Below are positions 57,587 through 64,000 of a stretch of 64,000 bases of DNA, one piece after another. Each line of letters begins with the position of its first letter. Position 1 is the first letter of the stretch. The DNA lies in the NCBI GenBank assembly GCA_044376115.1, contig JBILLK010000023.1, forward strand, positions 105,328 to 169,327, given 5' to 3'. The notes beneath the pieces were generated by a model. It saw nothing but the letters and a program-made list of their open reading frames with translations. It had not been told where the DNA came from and did no database searches. The stretch comes from Polyangiaceae bacterium (lineage in GTDB: Bacteria; Myxococcota_A; Polyangia; Polyangiales; Polyangiaceae). The position numbers and the translations under genes are program-made.

Positions 57587-58462
57587 ATGTGGCGCACGAC
57601 CTTTCCCCTCGCCCTGGTGACGCTGCTCAACAGTAACTGCGGTGACAGCGGCAGTAGCGGAAGTAGTGGCACGGGTGCTGGTTCGAGCACGAACTCGAGT
57701 TCTGGCTCTGGTGGCGAAACCGGCAATAGCTCCAGCAGCGGCGTTTTGCCCACCGGACCTGGGGACGGCGACTGGGAAACAGCCTTCACCGCCGATCCGG
57801 TCGGGATGAACTGCTCGTCGACCTTGGCCGAGCTCGAAGCAGCCGGCGCAGCCATGATCAAGCGCGGGGCTGTAACTTTGGTGGTTGGCTATGAGCAGCT
57901 CGGCCAGAACCAAGACCCGGTGCTGCTTCGCTTCGACGACGGCGAGCGCACCTATTGCCAGTACCACGAACAAGAGCCGCCCGACGGTCGAGCCTACGGC
58001 ATCACCTGGGACGGCGGGCCGGTAGCGTACGTCGTCTATTCGATCGTCGGTGGTGGCAGCGCCTTCGACTCGCTGGCCGCGCAAGGGTGGATCGCGAGCT
58101 ACGGCGACGGCGGCGGTAGTTCCAAAGTGATGGTGCTCGGCTCGGTCGATACGGCCTCCGGGAGCGTGCAGCAGGCGACCTTCGAACCGGCCAAACGTGA
58201 CAACGGCAGCAAGACCAACACGCTGGGGCCTGCCGGGCCGATCGTGGTGTTAGAGGACGGCTCGCTGGAGGTGGTTGGCAATTCAGCGTTCGCGCCGTTG
58301 AACCCCGACAAGAGCGGGATGTGCCTACCCGACGTCGAATATCCGAGCGCCCTGGACGGTGCACGAGGCCCCAACTTTCTTGGCCGCTTCTCGCCCGACT
58401 TGAGCATGATGGTGTGCGCCTCAACGGCGGGCTGCAGCAATGTGACGGTACCGTGCGAATGA
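57587..58462 (+). CDS. Hypothetical lipoprotein
   Basis: Signal ending NSNC, Ser/Gly linker. Confidence 0.6.
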   Translation: MWRTTFPLALVTLLNSNCGDSGSSGSSGTGAGSSTNSSSGSGGETGNSSSSGVLPTGPGDGDWETAFTADPVGMNCSSTLAELEAAGAAMIKRGAVTLVVGYEQLGQNQDPVLLRFDDGERTYCQYHEQEPPDGRAYGITWDGGPVAYVVYSIVGGGSAFDSLAAQGWIASYGDGGGSSKVMVLGSVDTASGSVQQATFEPAKRDNGSKTNTLGPAGPIVVLEDGSLEVVGNSAFAPLNPDKSGMCLPDVEYPSALDGARGPNFLGRFSPDLSMMVCASTAGCSNVTVPCE

Positions 58463-59106
58463 CTCATGCCAAGTTGATTGTCGAACGGGGCCTTCGGCCG
58501 TTCCTCTTGCTGTTGACCTCGGCTACTTGGCTCGCTTGCGGTGACGACAGCAGCTCTGCAGCGGGTAGTGGCGGCGCAGCGGGCGCCCCACTGGGTGGAG
58601 GCGGAAGTGGAGCCGCAGGCAGCGGGGGCGCCTCGGTCAACTTCGCCGCTTGCGATCAGCCGACCGACTGCGGCCTGGTGCAACCCGGATGCTGCCCCAT
58701 CTGCGAACTACCGACGCTCGCCGACGTCGAGCCCATTGATATTGCGCTCGCAGAGGCGTTCTACGAGTCGACCTGCAACGGCGTCGACTTGTGTGCATGT
58801 GACGGCCTGGTCAATCCAAACCTCTATGCGGTCTGCAACGCTGGCACCTGTGAGAAGGCCGACGTCCGAGAGAGCGACCTATCGAGCTGCGCGAGCGCAA
58901 AGGAGTGCGTACTTCGGGCGGGCCTTGACTGCTGCGCCTGCAACGCCGAACCCGACGCCTGGGTCGCGATTGCAGCAGCGAGCGAAGCTGCGCTTTCGGC
59001 TCTCGTGTGCGGCACGACCGAGTGCGACGCCTGTGAGCCGGTACCGCCCGCTGGCCTCGGGGTCGACTGCGTGAGCGGGCATTGTGAAGTCGTCGCCGCG
59101 CCGTAG
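58459..59106 (+). CDS. Cys-rich lipoprotein with an internal two-fold repeat
   Basis: Lipobox WLAC; two copies of CxxxxxC...CCxxC...C...C...CxxGxCE. Confidence 0.65.
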   Translation: MTHAKLIVERGLRPFLLLLTSATWLACGDDSSSAAGSGGAAGAPLGGGGSGAAGSGGASVNFAACDQPTDCGLVQPGCCPICELPTLADVEPIDIALAEAFYESTCNGVDLCACDGLVNPNLYAVCNAGTCEKADVRESDLSSCASAKECVLRAGLDCCACNAEPDAWVAIAAASEAALSALVCGTTECDACEPVPPAGLGVDCVSGHCEVVAAP

Positions 59107-59112
59107 CGCCGC

Positions 59113-60021
59113 TCATGCAGCCTTCGCAAGCTCGCTGATCTTTGCGCGCAGCCACGCCAAGAACGGATCATGCTGTTGGCGTTCATGCCACAACATCCCT
59201 TGAAGAAACGGCGCTAGCGCGAGCGGCGGAGGGAAAGTCGCAAGCTCGAGCAATTGAGCCACCGTGGTCGCGTTGCGTCGGCTGGCGGTGAGCAGCAGGT
59301 CGGTCATGGCGACCACCTGCGCGGCGATCAGAAAGGTTGGCGAGACATAGGCGACGCGGCGTTTGAGGCCTCGTCGCAAAAGCGCCTTGTCCACGGCCCC
59401 GTTGACCCTTCCGCCTGGCGAGATCAGTACGTGGCCGTAGGCGGCAAACCTCTTGGGCGTGATGCGGCCGCTGAGGATGGGGTGGTCTTTGCGCGCGACG
59501 CAAAGGAACGGCTCTTCGGTCAAGAGCTGCGCGTGAAGGCTGCGCAACTTCACCATCTTGGAGATCGCGAGATCGATCTCACCGCTGGCCAACAGGCTGA
59601 GCGAGCTCGGAGCAAACGGAAGAAAGACGAGGTCTACCAGCGGAGCCTCGCGCGCGAGCAGCTGATAGAGCGCTGGCCCGACCACGCTGTGACCGAAGTC
59701 GGTAGCAGCGATGCGCACCGCTCGCCGAACGCTGCTCGGATCGAGGGCGCTCGTAGGCGCCGTCGCGCTGGCCAAGAGGCGCACTCCCTCGCGCAGCGCC
59801 GGAGCGATCGCGCGAGCGCGCTCGGTCATCGTCATGCGCCGCCCCACACGAACCAGCAGAGGATCGCCGAGCAGCTCCCGCGCGCGTGCGAGCGCATGGC
59901 TCATCGCTGATTCGCTGAGGCCAACCCGCTGGGCTGCAGCCCCGACCTGCTCGTCACGGAGCAGGGCCTCGAGGGCGACGAGCAAGTTGGCGTCGATACC
60001 GGCGAGCGGGCTCTTCTGCAT
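59113..60021 (-). CDS. LysR family transcriptional regulator
   Basis: DANLLVAL...AAQRVGLSESAMSHALARAR...DPLLVR. Confidence 0.93.
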   Translation of the reverse strand: MQKSPLAGIDANLLVALEALLRDEQVGAAAQRVGLSESAMSHALARARELLGDPLLVRVGRRMTMTERARAIAPALREGVRLLASATAPTSALDPSSVRRAVRIAATDFGHSVVGPALYQLLAREAPLVDLVFLPFAPSSLSLLASGEIDLAISKMVKLRSLHAQLLTEEPFLCVARKDHPILSGRITPKRFAAYGHVLISPGGRVNGAVDKALLRRGLKRRVAYVSPTFLIAAQVVAMTDLLLTASRRNATTVAQLLELATFPPPLALAPFLQGMLWHERQQHDPFLAWLRAKISELAKAA

Positions 60022-60035
60022 GGCCAAATCTTACC

Positions 60036-60048
60036 TGCATGGCGTGCA
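60036..60048. promoter_or_regulatory. Putative LysR T-N11-A operator
   Basis: TGCA-N5-TGCA dyad between the divergent lysR and SMP-30 genes; further TGCA copies nearby. Confidence 0.5.
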
Positions 60049-60119
60049 TACATGCACCTGCCAACCATGCACTGGCTGCGTTCATCTTCGTAAGCAGAAT
60101 CTCGACCAGGAGAACGACG

Positions 60120-61232
60120 ATGAAGACTCGAACACTGAATAAGGTCCTGGCGATGGTGGCGTTTGCGATGGCAGCCTGCGGAGACGAGACCGCAACGGGA
60201 GGCGCGGACGGCGGGACGGGTGGCACGGGAGCGCTGGGCAGCGGAGCCTCCTCTTCCTCGGGAGATAGCGGCGGCGGGGGCGCCGGAGGTGCGGGCGCGA
60301 ATTCGAGCAGCGGCGGCGCAGGCGGGGGCGGAGCCGCGACCGCGGTCGAGCTCTTGACGAGCTTCGATGCGTCGGCCTTTGAGCTGCCCGAGGGGCTGGC
60401 CGTGCGCGACGACGAGCTGCTCGTTGGCTTCGCTTTCAACTCGATGGTGGAGCAGTTCGATCTTGAGGGCGGGGCCCGCAGCCCGTTCGCTACGTTGCCG
60501 GTACCCGCGCCCAACACCGGCTTCTTGACCGGCCTCACCAGCGATAGCGCGGGCGCGGTCTTCGCCGCGTTGGTGTCGTTCACCGGCGACCCAACGGCAG
60601 GCGTCTATCGCATCCCGGCCGGCGGCGGCGAGCCGACGTTGTTCGCTTCGGACGCCGAGCTGGTCTTCCCCAACGGCTTTGCTTGGGACGACGCAGGCAC
60701 GCTTTTCGTCACCGACTCGGCGACTTCCAAGGTGTTTCGCGTAGCGCCGTCCGGTGCTGCAGAGGTGTGGAGCAGCGACGCTCTGCTCGCGGGCGACCCC
60801 ACCGTGTGTGGCGGCCAGCCCGAAGACATCTCGGTGGGCGCCAACGGCATCGTTTGGACGCCGGAGGCTGTCTTCGTCGCCAGCAGCGACCAAGCGCTGG
60901 TGGTGCGGATTCCGGTCTTGGCTGACGGTAGCGCTGGCGTCGCCGAGCCGTTTACCACGCCCGATTGTGATTTGCTCGCCGGCCTCGATGGGCTCGCGCT
61001 CGACGACGATGGCAGCTTGGTTGGGGCGGTCAATCGCTCGGACCGGCTCGTGCGGATCAACGCGGCGGGTGAAGTGGAGGTGCTGCTCGAAGGGCCTCCG
61101 CTCGACTTTCCGGCGAGCCTGGCGTTCCACGGGAGTGGCGAAGAGCGCGCCTTGTACGTGACTAACTTTGCCTTGAATCGAGCGCTCGCGGGGCAGCCCG
61201 CGAGCCCAGCGCTATTGCGCGTGCGGTTCTAG
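60120..61232 (+). CDS. SMP-30/gluconolactonase-like beta-propeller lipoprotein
   Basis: Lipobox MAAC; PEGL, FPNGFAWD...LFVTDS, GANGI, DGLALD. Confidence 0.8.
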   Translation: MKTRTLNKVLAMVAFAMAACGDETATGGADGGTGGTGALGSGASSSSGDSGGGGAGGAGANSSSGGAGGGGAATAVELLTSFDASAFELPEGLAVRDDELLVGFAFNSMVEQFDLEGGARSPFATLPVPAPNTGFLTGLTSDSAGAVFAALVSFTGDPTAGVYRIPAGGGEPTLFASDAELVFPNGFAWDDAGTLFVTDSATSKVFRVAPSGAAEVWSSDALLAGDPTVCGGQPEDISVGANGIVWTPEAVFVASSDQALVVRIPVLADGSAGVAEPFTTPDCDLLAGLDGLALDDDGSLVGAVNRSDRLVRINAAGEVEVLLEGPPLDFPASLAFHGSGEERALYVTNFALNRALAGQPASPALLRVRF

Positions 61233-61367
61233 CCGCGACGAGTGGAGCGGCGGTGGAGCTTCGTTCGATGCGCGAGCGCACCAGGTTGCAAACGGCAACG
61301 CGCTGAGTTTGCGAGCGGTAAACGGCGAGACAGTAGCCTTCTGCGCGCCACGCGGCGAAGACAACGC

Positions 61368-62003
61368 ATGCCTACAGCGCCGCTCGTAATCGTTGGCCGC
61401 TCGAGTTCACACTTCACCCGCATCGCTCGCATCTTCGCGCTCGAGCTGGAGGTCCCTTGCGAGCTGCAGGTCGTCCGCGACCTGATGTCGACCGACGCCA
61501 ACGACTACGGCGGCAATCCCGCGCTCAAGATACCGTCCCTCCAAACCAGCGACGGCACTTGGTTCGGCGCCCTCAATGTGAGCCGCGAGCTAGCCCGAAG
61601 GTCGCCGTCAGCGCGAAGCATCGTGTGGCCTGAGGACCTGCGAGGCTCGCTCGCGGCGAACGCACAGGAGCTCGTGCTGAGCGCGATGTCGAGCGGAGTG
61701 AGCCTCATCCTCTCGAAGCTTGGTGCCACCGACGCAAACGCGCCTGAAACGCCGGCTCAGCGCAAGCTGCGCGCGAGCCTCGAACAAACGCTGAATTGGC
61801 TCGAGGCGCACGTCGCGGAGGTCTTGGCCAGCCTGCCTGAGGGCGAGCTGAGCTTCTTGCAGGTCTCGCTCTTCTGCCTGGTCGAGCACTTGGCGTTTCG
61901 AGCAGTGACCGATACGGCGCCGCACGTGAACCTGCGCGCCTTCGCCGCGACCTTCGGCGAGCGTGCCTCTGCGCGCGAAACCGTGTACCGATTCGACGTG
62001 TAG
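61368..62003 (+). CDS. Glutathione S-transferase family protein
   Basis: SSHFTRIARI, NPALKIPSL. Confidence 0.7.
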   Translation: MPTAPLVIVGRSSSHFTRIARIFALELEVPCELQVVRDLMSTDANDYGGNPALKIPSLQTSDGTWFGALNVSRELARRSPSARSIVWPEDLRGSLAANAQELVLSAMSSGVSLILSKLGATDANAPETPAQRKLRASLEQTLNWLEAHVAEVLASLPEGELSFLQVSLFCLVEHLAFRAVTDTAPHVNLRAFAATFGERASARETVYRFDV

Positions 62004-62029
62004 ATGTCACGCAGCCGTAAGACGCTCCG

Positions 62030-63367
62030 TTGAATGCAGCGAGTCATTCCCCGCACGTTGTGCGAACCTCCCGCGCGACGCTCCGCTCAGCAACCATCGC
62101 GCTCGCGCTGCTTCTTTCCGCCGTCAGCGGCTGCGCTGTTCCCAAGCAGTCCACCGCTCCGCTGAAGGCGGCGGTAGCGCTCGAGGACGCTCCTTCGAGG
62201 GGGGAGCGCTTCGACTTTTGTGCGACGCCCAGCGCGCCGCTCTCGCTGCGCAACGCAGCCTGGCTCTCCTTCCTGGCCGCCAACGAGTATTCGCACGCTA
62301 ACGTGTTCGGCCCGATGTTGGCGCAGCTCGGTTTCACGAACGACAAGGCGCCCGAGACAGCGTGGGACAGCTGCACCAGCGATCTGCGCCAACTGCGCGA
62401 GGCCGAAAGCAAGCACGAGGCGGCGCTCGCAGCGGCGCTCGGCAAAGAGGAGCTGCGCACGGTCGCGCGCAGCCTGCTGCCCCGCGATGCAACCTGGGGC
62501 TCGTGCGCGCGGCCGTTTCTCGAGGATCCTGCGCTGCGCACCGACGCCTTCCCGGCGGCCGCCTTTCAGCACCATCTCGTACGTGAAGTCCACGCCGGCT
62601 CGTATCTTCAGTTCTTCAGCGCCGGCTCGATCGACGACGACGGCAAACGCTTCCGTGACGCGAGCACCCAGGTCGTGTTCGCGCGCCACCGCGACAAGCC
62701 CATCGCCATCCTCGCCTTCCGCGGCACAGAGCCTTCGCAGCGCGCCGATGTGCTGGCCGATCTCAAGGTGTGGAAGACCGATCTCGAGGAGCACGCTTGG
62801 CCGGCGGCCTGGGGCAGCGCACACCAGGGCTTTGTCGAGGCCTTCGAGTCGGTCGAGCCGCTGCTACTGAAGAAGCTCGCCGAGCTCGAAGGCACCGGCG
62901 TGAAGCTGTACGTCACCGGCCATAGCCTGGGCGGCGCTCTCGCGACGTTGGCCGCCGCGCGCATCATGCGGGCGCGCAATGACGGCATGCCGATCGAGCT
63001 CGCCGGCGTGGTGACCTTTGGCTCGCCGCGCGTCGGCGACAAAGAGTTCGCGGCCACCTTTCGCGCCACCGCCGAGAAGCTGGGCGTGCGGGTCGAGCGT
63101 TATCGCAACGGCAACGACTTGGTCACCGGCATCCCCGGCGCACTGATCGAATACGAGCACGTCGGCACGCTCGCGCACCTGCTCGAGGGCTCCCTCACCA
63201 TCGCCCCCTCGCCTGAACCGCCCTATGTCTCGAGCAGCGTCGGTGACCACAACATCTCCGGCTTCGACGCGAACGGCGCGCCTACCAGCGGCTACTATCG
63301 GCGCCTGCACGAGCTGCTGGAGGCGAACAAGTACCCGGAGTTCGACCGCTGCGAGAGCGGAGAGTAA
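62030..63367 (+). CDS. Lipase class 3 family lipoprotein; start uncertain
   Basis: AFRGT, HQGF, VTGHSLGGALA, TFGSPRVG, NDLV, HVG. Confidence 0.88.
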   Translation: MNAASHSPHVVRTSRATLRSATIALALLLSAVSGCAVPKQSTAPLKAAVALEDAPSRGERFDFCATPSAPLSLRNAAWLSFLAANEYSHANVFGPMLAQLGFTNDKAPETAWDSCTSDLRQLREAESKHEAALAAALGKEELRTVARSLLPRDATWGSCARPFLEDPALRTDAFPAAAFQHHLVREVHAGSYLQFFSAGSIDDDGKRFRDASTQVVFARHRDKPIAILAFRGTEPSQRADVLADLKVWKTDLEEHAWPAAWGSAHQGFVEAFESVEPLLLKKLAELEGTGVKLYVTGHSLGGALATLAAARIMRARNDGMPIELAGVVTFGSPRVGDKEFAATFRATAEKLGVRVERYRNGNDLVTGIPGALIEYEHVGTLAHLLEGSLTIAPSPEPPYVSSSVGDHNISGFDANGAPTSGYYRRLHELLEANKYPEFDRCESGE

Positions 63368-63476
63368 GGCGCAGTCGCCCGACAGCGGCGAGAATCGAGT
63401 GGATTGCAGCACTGCCCCCAAGCTCCGTCGAGCCTGGTCAGCGCAAGCCGCGCCGGAATCGACGAGGTGCCTCCGC

Positions 63477-64000
63477 TCAGGGCGAAGCGAGGAATGCCGC
63501 AGCCGCTTCAAGCGCGAATGGGGGAGGCTCGTGCGAGTTGGCGGTCGCCTCGCAATACGTGACGCCGGCTGACGCGCAGCCCTCGAAGGCCATGCACGGG
63601 GCAGGCGGCACCGCGGTCATGGTGTTGTCGCATCCGTTGAGCGAAACCCAATGATCCCGCGCCTGCCGGGCGAAGGACACATCCACGACGCTGTCCCCTG
63701 CGTTGTGAGCGATCCAGATCGGCATCGAGGCAGCGGCGCACGCATCCCCCACGACCGTACCGGGTAAGCCGCCCGAGACCACCGCTGTCTTCTTCAGGAC
63801 GTCGCCGCGTGCGCACGCGAGCGCGTTCGCAAAGAAGCCACCGTGGCTACGCCCGAAGCTTACGACCCTCGACGTGTCGATACAGAACTGCTGCTCGAGC
63901 TCGGAGAGGATCGCGTCGAACAGCGCGACGTCGCGCTCTCCGGGGCGCCAGTCCCACCCGGTCCCCATGACTCCTCCCGCTGCCTCGACGGGCAAGTCCG
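63477..64000 (-). CDS. PHB-depolymerase/feruloyl-esterase-like alpha/beta hydrolase; 5' end outside the window
   Basis: DVALFD...CIDTSRV...GRSHGG, HNAGD, NGC. Confidence 0.7.
   Translation of the reverse strand, partial: DLPVEAAGGVMGTGWDWRPGERDVALFDAILSELEQQFCIDTSRVVSFGRSHGGFFANALACARGDVLKKTAVVSGGLPGTVVGDACAAASMPIWIAHNAGDSVVDVSFARQARDHWVSLNGCDNTMTAVPPAPCMAFEGCASAGVTYCEATANSHEPPPFALEAAAAFLASP

Noticed and set aside
1..64000. CRISPR arrays, IS/transposases, integrases, prophage, rRNA/tRNA
   Set aside because: No spaced repeats or diagnostic motifs seen; the tandem repeats found are in-frame low-complexity coding tracts.

Overview
A GC-rich, gene-dense bacterial window, most likely myxobacterial (Polyangiales/Sorangium-like). 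That assignment is inferred from MYXO-CTERM tails, Myxococcus Cys-rich repeats and many lipoproteins with Gly-rich linkers. About 60 CDSs are supported. They include aspartate kinase, pheT without pheS, a GldA/F/G-like ABC plus DUF4340 operon, a Ser/Thr kinase, two c-type cytochromes and many secreted hydrolases. I found no rRNA, tRNA, CRISPR or mobile element. The most notable items are: (1) an NrtR / SPFH / NAD-kinase-like / 2OG-Fe(II) oxygenase operon with a double 21-bp palindromic operator over its promoter and start codon; (2) a TonB receptor / HmuY / HmuY / anchored metalloprotease locus behind a Fur-like box, converging on an anchored subtilase, a candidate system for taking heme from prey; (3) a lipoprotein with an FrpC-type self-processing-module homologue that has Thr-Pro at the Asp-Pro cleavage site; (4) a nested internal start in lysC; (5) a hybrid sensor with a degenerate ATPase domain; (6) tandem paralogous Cys-rich lipoproteins. 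All family assignments come from motif recognition by eye; no database searches were run.
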